A stretch of 64,000 nucleotides of DNA, from positions 155,620,001 to 155,684,000 of the forward strand of contig OZ024741.1 of NCBI GenBank assembly GCA_964016885.1. Reading direction: 5' to 3'. Within the stretch, counting starts at the first letter, position 1, and every line of letters begins with the position of its first letter. Origin of the DNA: Eledone cirrhosa (lineage: Eukaryota). The translations under genes were made by a program, and so were the position numbers. Positions 1 to 14,016 of this stretch are shown piece after piece. The notes under the pieces were generated by a model. That model had not been told where the DNA came from. It searched no databases and saw only the letters and a list, made by a program, of their open reading frames with translations.

Positions 1-59
1 GAATCGGAAGCTTCTCAGATATGTGTTAACATGGAGACTCGCGACCGACATGCACACAC

Positions 60-120
<61 letters not shown>

Positions 121-123
<3 letters not shown>

Positions 124-380
124 TTGGTAAAATCCAGTACTTCAGTATGCGGATAGGGAGCACTCAACGAAGATATAAGTTCCGGAGTTATAATAGTGAC
201 GAATGACATATGATATGTCCCAAGGCTCTGATACCATCAACACTATACACACAGAGCTGGCATATCTAAGAACTGACTAACTGCCTGGTGAGGTCATAGC
301 CATTCAATGGCTATCATCGAAATATATATAGCAGTAAATAAAGGATTATGAGTTCATGCAATTGACTTATGTTTCGTCAC
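121..380. mobile_element. Penelope-like pseudo-LTR remnant with 5' inversion, between (TA)n tracts
   Basis: About 212-380 matches 17985-18152 directly. 121-200 is the reverse complement of 18148-18228, which lies just upstream of a PLE ORF. Contains a hammerhead motif. Confidence 0.8.
280..335 (+). ncRNA. Type I minimal hammerhead ribozyme (core mutated CUGGUGA)
   Basis: ACTGC-CTGGTGA-[ATAGCCAT/ATGGCTAT stem II]-GAAA-TATATA-TA-GCAGT. Stem I is ACTGC/GCAGT and stem III is palindromic. Confidence 0.75.
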
Positions 381-416
<36 letters not shown>

Positions 417-589
417 TGATTGAGTCCCCCGTCGAAAACGACGTGTGAGTGTCAACAGAAGCTAAAGGTAAAGTTCCCAGGCAAGAAACAATTAGTGGAT
501 TTCAGCAAATAAAATGTCTCAAAATCTTTTCATTTGGTGAACAGGCATGTTCGAATTTCAGTCCTGTACCATTTTTACAGGGGTGGCTA

Positions 590-2460
590 CAGACACAGCT
601 TAACAAGTTATCCAGATTTTCAGAAACGATATATGTCCTGGGATTACTCTGTTACCCAGAATTTGACCTAGCTGAAAAAAGTTGCTATGAAGACAATGAT
701 CATTTGTAGAAAGAATTGTATTTTCGATTTACACATAACTGGTCTTGATAATGAATGTTCTTCTTCAGAGTTAACAAGCTTCATATGGCATTGCTTCCTC
801 CACTCACTCCTATTATTGGCAACATTTCCAAACTGCCAGCTGTTAATATTCATATTCACACGTTTCAAATTATCTCTAAGCTTGTCTTTATAGCGAAGTA
901 GTCGTCGGCCTACCTTTCTACAATAAACTTTTATTTGAACACATAAGACTTTCATTATTCATTCTCAAAACGTAAGCACACTACCTCATCTGAAATTTGA
1001 GCAATAACGTTTCTATTCCACAAATATTGCACTGCGATAGCATTTCGCTATTTTTCAATCTTCCATTCCATTTTACACCGCAGATCTGCTTTAGACACCT
1101 CATATGGAAACTGCTCATTCGATTTATGGGCTTACGGTAAGGAGTTCAGAACCTTCCATAATGTCGCGTGATACGGTGTCGAAGGTTTATTGTGAGATCG
1201 AAAAAGACTACATACAAGCTTTTGTCATGTTCCCGAGCCTTTTCCTGTACATGTCGCGAACCGAAGATCATATCTACAGTTCCACGGCCTGACCTAAAGC
1301 CACATTAACTTTCAGGGTAAATGTTAGGCACCAAGTTTTAATTGATTCGTGCAAAGACTTTTCCTGCAATACAAAGTAATGATATGTCTCAGTGGTTGTC
1401 ACATTCACACCTATTGCCTTTGTGTTTGTACAGATGAATAATTATAGCATCCTTAAATTGCTGGAGGACGGATCCAGAGTTCCAGATCTGCACAAGAAGT
1501 TCAGTGAGTTTCTGTATCAGACTATTGCTTCTACACTTTCTCCAGGTTTGTCATTCTCACCAGGAGCTTTCTCATTTGAGAGTTGTTTAATTGCTGCCTT
1601 TACCTCTACTGTTGATGGAATCCATATTTGGTCTCTGAGAACAGCCTTTTCTACCACGTTTCTATCATGATTTAATACCCTGTTGAGTACTTTTTAAAGT
1701 GCTCTGCCCAACGCCTTATTATTTTCTGCCGATCTGTCAAGAGATCACCAACAGCTGATAGGATGGGAGAGCATCCGCCCCTGCTTGGGTCAAATACTTC
1801 ATTCAAATTTCGATGAAAAGACTTCATGTAATGTCTGTGAAATGATTCCTGAACAGCTTTCGCTTTTTCATCCCACTATTTTTGCTTCATGTTGGTTGAA
1901 TTGTGTTCTTTGCCACTTTGTAATATGTTTTTTTCTTTTGAGAATTATTTTTGTTCGCTATGCATTTCTAGTGTAGCATATGCATTTATTGAACTTCCCT
2001 CTTTTGATTTCATTATTTTCATCATATCTGGTGGTGAATTGGCAGTATCGGTAGAGGGTCAGACGCCATGCTTTGACGCATAGAGTTAGGCCCTTGCCAT
2101 TCTGAATTCAAATCTCGCCGATGTTAACTTTGCCTTTCATCCTTACGGGGTCGATCAAATAAAGTACCAGTAATGTACTGGGAAATTGCTGGACTTGTGT
2201 CAATAGTAGAAACAATTATTTTCATAAAATCTGAATTGATTCTTACTTTTAGAAAGATCAAGAACCTCCTTCGAAGATTCGTAGATTTATTCTCTGAACT
2301 GGGTCCAGGATTCTTCAACATGATGTTTATGTTTTGCAGATTTTCATCCAAAGCATTAACCAAAAGGTTTCTTGTATAAGTTTCGAGATTGGCAATGTTC
2401 AATTTATTCGGGAGTCGTTTCCGGTCATGTTTAGCTGGTGGTTTTACTTTAATTTGAATC
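590..2460 (-). mobile_element. Degenerate RTE-clade LINE, interrupted by a SINE
   Basis: Minus-strand fragments translate to RRWAEHF, VKAAIKQL..KAPG, CGFRSGRGTVDMIF..RHVQEKARE..LYVVFFDL and a 3' YKDKLRDNLK..W..A.NRSEWR segment, typical of RTE RT. Many stops and deletions. Confidence 0.8.
2030..2220 (+). mobile_element. tRNA-derived SINE (family S1)
   Basis: A box TGGCAGTATCGG, B-box-like GAATTCAAATC, core ACTTTGCCTTTCATCCTTACGGGGTCGAT, 3' AGAAACAATTATT. About 18 related copies occur in the window. Confidence 0.9.
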
Positions 2461-2534
2461 ATATATATATATATAGATATAGATATAGATAGGTAAATAT
2501 ACACGGGTGTGTATGATTGTGTATAGAAGATTAT

Positions 2535-2842
2535 ATTAATAAGAGGAATTCCAACTTTGTCTGATTTACTCGTTTTATTTACAATCCTTTAAAATATATA
2601 TAATGGTATTATAATGAAATAGTATGATAGAATATTAAATTCTAAGTGTTAATTGAACAAGTACTTTCATGCTTTCGCAATCTTCAGGTTCATGATATGT
2701 GGTGACAGTCGAGTTTGCAAGTTGAAAATTGCAAACTCGACTGTCACCACATATCATGAACCTGAAGATTGCGAAAGCATGAAAGTACTTGTTCAATTAA
2801 CACTTAGAATTTAATATTCTATCATACTATTTCATTATAATA
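2535..2842. mobile_element. ORF-less fold-back insert (arms 2607-2720 / 2729-2842) carrying two hammerheads; PLE pLTR-like
   Basis: Near-perfect ~114 bp inverted repeat ending in (TA)n. The left part recurs at 3826-4035. Confidence 0.8.
2757..2795 (+). ncRNA. Type I minimal hammerhead ribozyme (mirror copy 2654-2692 on -, third copy 3940-3978 on -)
   Basis: TGAAC-CTGAAGA-T TGC GAAA GCA T-GAAA-GTAC-TT-GTTCA. Intact core, GNRA-capped stem II, palindromic stem III. Confidence 0.85.
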
Positions 2843-2913
2843 TATATATATATATATATATTGTTATACTTGGGGAGAGTCATATTGTCATAAAAGAAAT
2901 TCATATGTATATA

Positions 2914-3806
<893 letters not shown>

Positions 3807-3825
3807 TATATATATATATATATAT

Positions 3826-4035
3826 TAATAAAAGGAATTCCAACTTTGTCTGATTTACTCGTTTTATTTACAATCCTTTAAAATTATAATGATATTATAA
3901 TGAAATAGTATGGTAGAATATTAAATGTTAAGTGTTAATTGAACAAGTACTTTCATGCTTTCGCAATCTTCAGTTTCATATTCAGTGGTGACAGTCAAGT
4001 TTGCAATTTTCAACTGTTGAAAATTGTTGAAAAAA
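3826..4035 (-). mobile_element. Second copy of the 2535-2720 pLTR-like HHR element
   Basis: Direct repeat of 2535-2725 with a few substitutions, flanked by (TA)n. Confidence 0.75.
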
Positions 4036-4036
4036 G

Positions 4037-4093
<57 letters not shown>

Positions 4094-4098
<5 letters not shown>

Positions 4099-4270
4099 AA
4101 AGGGCCGTAACACTATGCTTTGACGCATAGTGTTACGGCCCTTTCCATTCTGAGTTCAAATCCCGCCGAGGTCAACTTTGCCTTTCATCCTTACGGGGTC
4201 GATAAAATAAAGTACCAGTAGTGTACTGTGTAATTGCTGGCCTTGTGCCAAAACCTGAAACAATTATTAA
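4094..4270 (+). mobile_element. 5'-truncated SINE S1 with short 5' fold-back
   Basis: TGGAAAGGGCCGTAACACTATGC-tttgac-GCATAGTGTTACGGCCCTTTCCA is a perfect hairpin, followed by the normal S1 body. Confidence 0.85.
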
Positions 4271-4637
4271 TATATAATCTCCTCTTTCTTCAAATAAAGT
4301 GTATTAATGTTACTCCATCCATATCTGATTATTTCTGGTGTCAATCATCGATTAAATATGTTACAGCTCACTGACAGTATAACAATTTCCATATAACTTT
4401 CTAGACTAAATATGTAAAGCTTCTGTTATCTTTTATATGTCAATATATTCATACTCGTAAAATGCTACTATTTTCTTGCTTTCCAATATCGTTTGCGCGG
4501 ATTTAAAGTCTCTTATTTCTGATATTCAACTTGAAAGATTTTATCATTTGAAATATATTGAAACCAACATATCTTGTAGTGTGTTAGCATCGTATTATAT
4601 AATAGGCTACGTCCAATTGTCGCAGACTGTTAAGTGT

Positions 4638-4668
<31 letters not shown>

Positions 4669-4671
<3 letters not shown>

Positions 4672-5800
4672 CTATGTGTAAAAAATACATATAGGGAAAC
4701 GAGTATTATCCAATCGTATGCCAATGTGGTTCTATGGCGGGTTAACAAGCCAGAACATATACAATCAAGGTCTAGAAAATAGAGAAAAAGTTTTAAATTA
4801 AATTTTAAAAAATTCGCTGTACTTTCTACATGTGCCTTTACCGCGGTTTCATGCTCCAGAATAAACGTAAAATCCGAGCGGAATTCCATTGAGAAGGGAC
4901 CAATCTTGAGAAGGCTCTTCTCCCTCGGAGAATATAAAATTCCCGAGTTCAAATCACAAACTGACGCCATACAAAACCATTCCCAAATGAGAGCGGATGA
5001 TGAAAGAAATAATTCTGTCTGGTGTCGTGTGCAAAGACTAGCAATAGCAGCAGTCTAAACGGCCAAAATGTTATCTCTACCTTAGGGGGAGATCAATAAT
5101 AATAAAGTATGAATTTCTATGTGTAAAAAATACATATAGGGAAACAAGTATTATCCAACCGTATGCCAATGTGGTTCGGGGGGGGGGGGGGGGGGGGTTT
5201 AATAAATTAACAAGCCAGAACATATAAAATCAAGGTCTAACAAATAGAGAAAAAGATTAAAAATAAAAAAAATAAAAATTCGCTGTACTTACTATATGTG
5301 CCTTTACCGCGGTTTCATGCTCCAGAATAAACGGAAAATCCAAGCGAATTTCCATTGGCTTACTGTTGGATAATACTTGTTTCCCTATATGTATTTTTCA
5401 CACATAGGAATTCATACTTTATTATTATTGATCTCCCCCTAAGGTAGAGATAAAATTTTGGCCGTTTGGACTGCTGCTATTTCTAGTGGCAGGACATTGA
5501 CCTGTCCACCCTGCCTTTTATCTTTGCACACGGCACCAAACATAATTATTTCTTTCATCATCCGTTCTTATTTGGGAATGGTTTTGTATGGCGTCAGTTT
5601 GTGATTTGAACTCGGGAATTTTATATTCTCCGAGGGAGAAGAGCCTTCTGAAGATTGCTCCCTTCTCAATTGAAATCCGCTTGGATTCTCCGTTTATTCT
5701 GGAGCATGAAACCGCGGTAAAGGCACATATAGTAAGTACAGCGAATTTAAAAAAAAATATTTTAACATTTTTTCTCTATTTGCTCGACCTTGATTTTATA
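4669..5800. mobile_element. ORF-less ~450-nt HHR-bearing unit in partial tandem (4669-5357) plus inverted copy (5358-5800); retrozyme/PLE-pLTR-like
   Basis: CTATGTGTAAAAAATACATATAGGGAAAC at ~4672 and ~5117. The reverse-complement copy starts ~5365. Flanked by (TA)n. Confidence 0.8.
5643..5724 (+). ncRNA. Type I hammerhead ribozyme with extended stem II (mirror copy 4834-4915 on -, core CTCAAGA)
   Basis: GCCTT-CTGAAGA-T TGCTCC..[AATCC gctt GGATT]..GGAGCA T-GAAA-CCGCGG-TA-AAGGC. 5-bp stem I and palindromic stem III. Confidence 0.85.
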
Positions 5801-5878
5801 TATTTATATATATATGGATATATGTTGAGTAACTTAATCGTTATACATTATATATGTATAGATTTATCCCAATTTTAG

Positions 5879-5910
<32 letters not shown>

Positions 5911-6593
5911 TATGTTGTATATAGATATATGTATACACACATATACATATATATATATACATGCATATACATACATACATGTACATATATATACATATTT
6001 ATGCATCTATATGAAGCAGAAGAGTCACATGACAAACACTTTGTGTAAACTTTGACTGTCTATCTATATCTATATCTATATATATATATACCTATCTATC
6101 TATCTGCGTATACCACTGTTGTAACTGATTAAATATATACGGAAGAGAAGTAATCGAGACTGCGCAAGAGTGTATATAATTTTATACATTTTAAAGCATA
6201 TAAATATGTATTCAAGCAAAACACATATTTCCATGTGTTTTCAAGCCCATATTTCCATCAGTTTTCAAGCCGAGTTTGGTTTTCACTAGTTGTTATGAAC
6301 ATCAACTAAACAACCCTTAGAAATGACTTGAGGTGGTTCTTCTGATAAAAGCGCAATAAGGCTTGAATGCGGGTTAAATATATTTATCATTTTTCAATTT
6401 ACAGAGAAATATGTATTTGACATATCTACATATTTGTGTAGCCTTAACACTGCCTCGGTTACTTCTATTCTGTATATATACAGATATAATTTTATCACGT
6501 AGTTCGGCTGCTTAGCACACTAATTAATACATACACACTCACACATACACACATACACACATACACACATACAGACATACACACACACACACA

Positions 6594-6640
<47 letters not shown>

Positions 6641-6664
6641 ATTCAATCATTAATAATAACATTT

Positions 6665-6727
<63 letters not shown>

Positions 6728-7293
6728 CACACCAATGACGAAGAGGAAATCCTAAGCACGTTTTCATTTATATATGAAGTCTTAGGTTAGAAGAGGAAGC
6801 GAGGTGAGGATCTTTTGTTTTATGGTATCTATGGAACAAGATTTGACCGAAAAAATAATACAATTGGGAAGTGTACTTTCGAATGCTTTCAGAATAATAT
6901 GTTAATGACTAAACTTGGGAAGGGCTGCATTTCTTTGTGAAGCTGCTGTTTAATATATAATCTATATTATATCTATAATACACACACAATATTATACTCT
7001 TTTTATATAAAACAAAATTACTTTCATAGAAAATAACATAAATAGAACTGACAGTGTTGGTAAAGCGTCGGTATAAATGCCTCGGTAATTGTTCCAGCTT
7101 CCTGCTTTTTAAGATTAACTTTATTTTTCAACCTTTCATCAACACTGACATAATAATGGAAACATGTTATAGTTATAAATCACTCCAAATTCGTTATTAT
7201 TTAAAAAAAGGATTTGAAAATAATAAGCATATTATTTCACTAGAAATAGGGATAAAAAGTCTACTTCTTAAGTAATATATATATATATATTTA

Positions 7294-7460
<167 letters not shown>

Positions 7461-8241
7461 CATATTTCAGATTCTGGAAATCAATAGTCTAATATATATA
7501 TCAGGCAGTCCAGAAAATAATATATATCTGAGAGTGCATACGTATATGTATGATTATATGTATGTCTGTATGTCGAAGAAAAAGATTTTGGGGCACATTG
7601 AGTTTCTCAATTCCAAAGAGAATAAAATAAAATAAAAAAAAGAAAATAGTAAAAGTATCAATCAGTGTTACTGTGACAATTCGATTAGTCTCGCTTTTAT
7701 TAATCATCTTATGCATTCCTGCAACGTGTCCTTACTATTCCGTCCATCCAAGATGTCAGCAGAAGGCATTGTTTTCGCTATGAGGCAGAGAGTTGCCCTC
7801 AAGGAGGCCACCCAAAATTTACGTAAAGACGCTAAATTATAGAATAAGCCACTGATACTACTTCATCATACAGCTTGACTGAGTAAATTTCCACAGAAAC
7901 CAACTTGGGGGGCGAGTAACGATTCATAGAGATAGACTACGAGTAATAAGTAACGGGAGATGAGGTACGATGAAGACAAATTAAAACAAGTTGAAAGAAA
8001 GTCATTCTATGCGGAATATTGCCCAACAACGACGGGCTACTCTGCTGGTTAAATATAAAATGACATATCTCAATGCAGAATAAACTTTATTGATCAACAC
8101 GTGTTATGGATTGCCAAATTGATGATAGTTTAATAAGTCACACAGTATAATTATCCTCACCGATTGACTTCTCTACTCACTTTCATATATTCTAAACATT
8201 ACAATATAATATAATATAACACAATATAACTGACACACATA

Positions 8242-8310
<69 letters not shown>

Positions 8311-8331
8311 GTATTGAAGTTTCCGGTTGAA

Positions 8332-8409
8332 AATTGCCTTGTCTGACGAACGAATGAGAACGTTTCTTGTATTCGTCTTATTCGGGAAACCTGTGGTAAT
8401 GAGGTAATT
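8332..8409 (+). ncRNA. Type I hammerhead ribozyme in a ~130-nt insert between two (TA)n tracts
   Basis: AATTGCCTTGT-CTGACGA-A CGAATGAG..ACG/CGT CTTATTCG G-GAAA-CC TGT GG-TA-ATGAGGTAATT. Stem I is 11 bp with G-U pairs; stems II and III both close. Confidence 0.85.
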
Positions 8410-8432
8410 ATATTGTATTGTTTATTATACAT

Positions 8433-8514
<82 letters not shown>

Positions 8515-8721
8515 GAAATTTATAAATGACTTTAACAGGACTAAAATCATTTGTATGAAATCAGCATGAATGTTTGATTAGTAGAATCCCAACCTTTCGG
8601 CTGGTCTCCAGCTAATTAGTCTTTGAATTAAATACCATTCTGATCTGCAGTCTTCCTGGTATGTCACTGCTTTACCGAGCGCAGCTGCTATCTATGCTTT
8701 TGGTACAAGTGGGTTACTTTA

Positions 8722-8806
8722 CATGTGCGTGTATGTGTATGTGTGAGTGTGTGTGGTGGTGTGTGTATGTGTGTGTGTGTGTGTGGTTATGTGTGTATGT
8801 ATGCGC

Positions 8807-8874
<68 letters not shown>

Positions 8875-8915
8875 TTATGTGTGTATGTATGCGTGTGTGT
8901 GTGTGTGTGTTTGTG
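8722..8915. repeat. (GT)n imperfect microsatellite
   Basis: Direct reading. Similar tracts at 31360-31520, 42955-43080 and 53266-53362. Confidence 0.95.
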
Positions 8916-9142
8916 AACATTTCAACATTGGAGAAATATTTGAATTTCCTTTTTCAAGAATAGCTGTCAGCTGAGAATGTACTCTAGATGCGTGAATGCC
9001 ATAGACATCAAGTGATTGAGTATCATTAGTTTGACTATTAATTAGTATTACGTCATGGAGGTTTGATTGTCGAACAAAATCAATCATCTATGAAATAAAT
9101 GACAAATACTGCCTTGATTGATTGAGAACACCCAGCGGTTGT

Positions 9143-9909
9143 TATCGTCATCATCATCATCATCATTTTTGCCGTCATCATCATTACGACTACCACGACC
9201 ACCACCAGGAACCCCCGCCCCCCTCATCACCACTATCACCCGCATCATAACTACGTCCCCCACCACCATCGTCATCATCATCGTCATCATCATCATCATT
9301 ATCATTATCATTATTGCCGTCATCATCATTGGCACCACCAGCATCACCAGCATCACCACCACCACCACCATCACCAGCATAACCAGCATCACCAGCATCA
9401 CCACCATCCCCACCATCACCACCACCACCATCACCTCATCGCCACAAACACCAGCATCATCACCACCATCACCACCACCACCACCACCAGCATCACCACC
9501 ATCCCCACCATCACCACCACCTCATCGCCACAAACACCAGCATCATCACCACCATCACCACCACCATCATCATCAACATCATCATCAACCTCATCATCAT
9601 TATCATTATCATCACCGTAAAAGAACAACAACAACATTATTATCACAATTGTCATCGCCATCCTTATCAATGTCATTACTATCACTATCCCCCCTACCCC
9701 TCTTACCCCTCCTCCTCCTCCTCCTCCTCCCATCATCATCATCATTGTAAACATCAGCATGATCATGATCGTTGTTATAGTCATCCTTATTATCGTCATT
9801 CCACATCATCTACATCCTTATCATCACCATCACTGTCATCTTCGCTGTCGCCGCCGACGCCGCCGTCTCGTCCTCCTCCTCCTCCTCCTCCTCCTCCTCC
9901 TCCTCCTCC

Positions 9910-9956
<47 letters not shown>

Positions 9957-10025
9957 ATCGTCTTTTTACGTCATTCTCATCGTCATCATTATCAACGTCA
10001 TCGTCACAATCAACATCATCATCAT
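9143..10025. repeat. (CAT)n/(CAC)n/(CCT)n trinucleotide low-complexity tract
   Basis: Degenerate trinucleotide repeats. The ORFs in several frames are homopolymeric artefacts. Confidence 0.9.
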
Positions 10026-10031
10026 TCACCA

Positions 10032-10430
10032 ACACGGGGTCGATAAAATAAAGTACCAGTAATACACTGGGTAATTGCTGGCCTTGTGCCTAACGTAGAA
10101 ACAATTATTAACACCCGTCATAGGGCGGTGGATTGGCAGTATCGGTAGAGGCTCGGACGCCATGCTTTGACGCATAGAGTTACGGCCATTGCCATTCTGA
10201 GTTCAAATCCCGCCGAAGTTTACTTTGCCTTTCATCCTTACGGGGTCGATAAAATAAAGTACCAGTAATACCCTGGGTAATTGCTGGCCTTGTGCCAAAA
10301 GTAGAAACAATTATTAACACCCGTTGAGGTTAACTTAGCCTTTCATTCTTATGGGGTCGATAAAATAAAGTACCAGTAATGTACTGGGTAATTGCTGGCC
10401 TTGTACCAAAAGTAGAAACAATTATTAACA
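10032..10430 (+). mobile_element. Tandem SINE S1 cluster (partial + full 10123-10315 + partial)
   Basis: Three S1 3' ends, each followed by TTAACACCC. Confidence 0.9.
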
Positions 10431-10889
10431 CCCACATCAAAAAATTCAACAGAAGAATCTTGAGTTCAATTAGTTCTGTATATATGAATTAATGCGCACG
10501 AGTGTGTGATTATTTATAAATAGTTCTACCTCTTATATGTCGTTATATAAGATTTATAAGAAGTTCCAGTCCAGTACTGGAGTCGATTCTTCCTCTATAG
10601 AAAAAAATAGGTTGTGTTCAGACTTGGAGAGGGTTGGGCTCCGCTAGGTTAAAAAGTGCCCTAGACACGCTGTATGATGGTGCCTCTACCACTCCATAAT
10701 GAGTTACGGGATCTTTATCCCTTTTTTATATATAAGAAGTACGTAGTTATCTCTTCGTCTTATGTAACTGTTTATTTGTGTATATTTGCTGCTGATATAA
10801 TATATTGGATCGTCAAGTATGAATTTTGTAGAAATTTATTGAATAAAAAAAGAAATTTTTACAAATTTCATACTTGATAACCCCATATA

Positions 10890-10975
10890 TATAATTGTTT
10901 CTACTTTTGGCATCAGGCCAGCAATTACCCAGTAAATTACTGGTACTTTATTTTATCGACCCCCGTAAGGATGAC
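10890..10975 (-). mobile_element. SINE S1 3' fragment
   Basis: Reverse complement of the S1 core and tail. Confidence 0.85.
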
Positions 10976-11894
10976 CCAATATATATATATAATGCCCAAT
11001 AATAATGTCTCCCGAAACTACCAAACCACACACCTATTTGGATACACGCTACAATTTATGCACATATTATGTTATGTTTATCGTATATCGAAGTTTTCTG
11101 ACCAATTTAGAGTGCAAAGATCAAAACTAATCGCTACAACTAAATTGTCCAAATTTGCCCCCACCCCTAATGCAGAAATGCTTTCACCGCCCCTGTATAT
11201 ATAAATATAGCAGAGTGGTTAATGAGGTCCCTTCTGAAACGTAAGTCGGGGCTCGATTCCACTTCGTAGTTGCGAAGTGAACATGTTATCCACACAACCA
11301 TTCTTGAGCCTAGCTTTAAGTACGTGGAAGTTGATAGGAAAAAGAAAAATATGTTTTCCACACAATTCTTAATCTAGACGTTATTTCGTTATTTCTGTGC
11401 AGTTTTGCTTCTTCATTACAGTAATCTGGTTAAGATCTCGATGCCTAGGAGGGTTCTATTTACATTGTAGTAGCATAAGCTCTTTCAGTCATAAAAAATT
11501 GCGGAATTGGTCATAAATAGGTTTAGCAGGCGTATAACAAGGGTTTAGAAGTTCACTATCTCCAAGACATAGCTCTATTATTGTGAAGGACCAGAAGCAG
11601 ATTTCAGAATAGAAGACAAATGCAAATTTGGTAAGAAAAACTGCTCGAAGGAATACATTTTCTGATGAAGGATTTTAGATTTAGTACTATAAGTCAATAT
11701 GGTACCATTAGTTATGTACAAAATTAGTTTATACGAACATAAGATCTGCTCCAATGCTTTGTCTTATACAAACGTACATGTATAAATATACATACATAAC
11801 TACATACATACAAACAAACATACATAAATACATGTATACATACATGCCTACATACATATATACATATATACAAACATACATACATAAATACATA

Positions 11895-13150
11895 CAATAC
11901 TTATGCTGTGCCAATTTTAACGCCAACATTTGGCCTGCTGAACTGGTCATTGCACGAACTAAGTAAGATGGATGTTAGAACTCGCAAACTTCTCAGTGTT
12001 ACTGGGAACTTTAACATCAATGGTGATGTGGATAGGCTATACTTCTTACGCAAGGAAAGTGGCCAGGGTCTAAAATCCATATTAACATCATATGAGACCT
12101 GGATAGTAACACTGAAGCAACATCTTTAACAGAGGAAAAAGGTTGGCACCCATCTTGCCCAGGTTTATGAGCATGAAAAAAAAAATATCATTAGAATAGC
12201 CACTGATCTGGAGGAGAGATATGGAATAAAGCCTGATATAAATCTCTCACCCAGAGAAATCGGAAGATCCTATTCAATGTTCAAACAAGATGAAAAAATT
12301 GACCAATTTACAGAAAAAGTTGTTACTTGAGACGTAAAACACAGGCCATAGAGGGGATAAACCACTCAAAAAGCCTGGCATAGAGTTCGGACAAGTTTAT
12401 CACATCACACCTTGAGGGATATCTCTATGTAATACAGGAACAGGAACTCCCTACCAAATATCTGCTGCACAAAAGGGGAGGGCCATCAGCTGACAATAAA
12501 TGTAGGTTATGTAAAACAAAGATCGAGGATATAAGCCACATTGTTGCCAGCTGCGAAATAATGTCATCTCGCTACTACCTCCCCATGAGACACGATGGGA
12601 TAGCTAAAACCATCTGGAACACACTTCGGAAAACAAAATTAACGACACACGAGGAAGAATATATTGAGACAGATGGCACTAAGGAATACTGGTGGAACCT
12701 GAAAATAAAAACTGCCACCAAATTAAAGCATAATCGGCCTAATATTGTTGTTTGGGACCCCACATTGAAAACGCGTCCTGTTGTGGAGATCAGTTGCCCA
12801 CTTGATATAAACGTTGTCAGAAAAATACAGGAGAAGGAGGACATTGATGAAGAGTTTACTAATCCAGTATCCAAGATACACCTTTAGCTTCATACCCATC
12901 ATTATTGGAGCTACGGGTTATATACCAACCCGCTTGGACCAAAGTATGACTGAACGTGTATTTGCGGACAAAGAGCGCAGCTCCCTAATTCAAAGTCTAC
13001 AAATGGCTGCGATAGCTAGCACCTTCAAAATTTGCAAAATATTCTTGCGATTCAAGGGATGACAATTCCTTTTCTTTTACTACCTTGCCACCAGGAAGGT
13101 GGCCGGTCAAAAGAATATACTCGAAATTAAGAGAAAGAGATAACACACAT
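11895..13150 (+). mobile_element. 5'-truncated R4/Dong-type RLE LINE (family A)
   Basis: AVPILTPTFGLLNWS..DVRTRK, CRLCK..EDISHIVASC zinc knuckle, RHD, NRP.IVV..VVEISCP REL endonuclease and the family A 3' UTR. The 5' junction is in (CATA)n-like repeat. Confidence 0.9.
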
Positions 13151-13156
13151 GCATAA

Positions 13157-13205
<49 letters not shown>

Positions 13206-13208
13206 CAC

Positions 13209-13515
13209 GATGGCTACCCCCTTGTTATCGAGTACGGTCATTGCACGATAAAACATTATTAATAATTATTAATTAATTCTATCGTGCAATGCCAGTGCGT
13301 GAAAATATTTATTAAAGTGAGGAAAGACTGCACACTGAGCCAATCCCACTCTCTGAGCGACAGTAGAAAAAAAGAAAAAATGAACATCATCGGTAACTAC
13401 TGAACCGCAGGTTTTACGTCGGAGTTATCCCAGTTTCCTGAGTTCTTCCCTTAGAAGAATGCCCTGACAAGGGCTAGGGCTCCTTCACTCCCAGCTCGAC
13501 TATTTATATGTCCCC
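13209..13515 (+). repeat. Unclassified short interspersed repeat with 5' hairpin (family H)
   Basis: Similar by eye to 24722-25040 (-), 25160-25208 (-) and 35652-35990 (+). Shared GRTGGC..CTCG/CGAG hairpin and GCCAATCCCAC..AAAAAGAAGAA..ACATCAT body. Confidence 0.55.
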
Positions 13516-13801
13516 GCGCATATACATGCACACATGCATATAAATATACATAGATATGTACATGTGTATATACATATTTACACACTCTTGGATGGCCGTT
13601 GACTCTTATGAGTTCTTCCGCCCTTTGCAACGTTTTTTTTTTGTCCTGCAGGCTGTCCAAAATCAGTCCCCTTCACCAAATAATCTCGGTAGGGTTGCCA
13701 GTTTAATCGCCGACGACCAGACCATGTGAAAGGTTGTACTGGGTTACATGTTAACAGTAGCACTCAAGAGTGACCCGACATAGCATACATACATACATAC
13801 A

Positions 13802-13900
13802 TTCTTTTTTCCGATTCAAAGGATAAACGCTTAGACAAAGGACGATGGCAATTTCATTTTCTTTACAACCTTACCATCCTGAAGGTGGCCGGTCAAAATT
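13802..13900 (+). mobile_element. R4/Dong family A-related 3' end fragment
   Basis: CGATTCAAAGG...TTTTCTTTACAACCTTACC..GAAGGTGGCCGGTCAAAA matches the family A 3' UTR; preceded by (CATA)n. Confidence 0.65.
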
Positions 13901-14016
13901 AAGATAAATTAAATGAATTTAATCTAAATCAAAATTATGGGTGTCATGCCAGAAAGGCATGCGACATATCACCCGGAAAATAAGCTCCAAGATTCTAACG
14001 AGTAGGTCCGAGCATT

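Noticed and set aside
6215-6385. HHR-like fragments (TTGAAAA..GAAA tandem on minus; CTGATAA-AAGC/GCTT-GAAT on plus)
   Set aside because: Core mismatches and no convincing stem I; at most decayed relics.
9084-10046. Long His/Thr/Pro/Ile-rich ORFs (up to 210 aa)
   Set aside because: Trinucleotide low-complexity DNA is open in several frames on both strands; no domain evidence.
11655-11720. CTGATGA motif
   Set aside because: No downstream GAAA or stem architecture.
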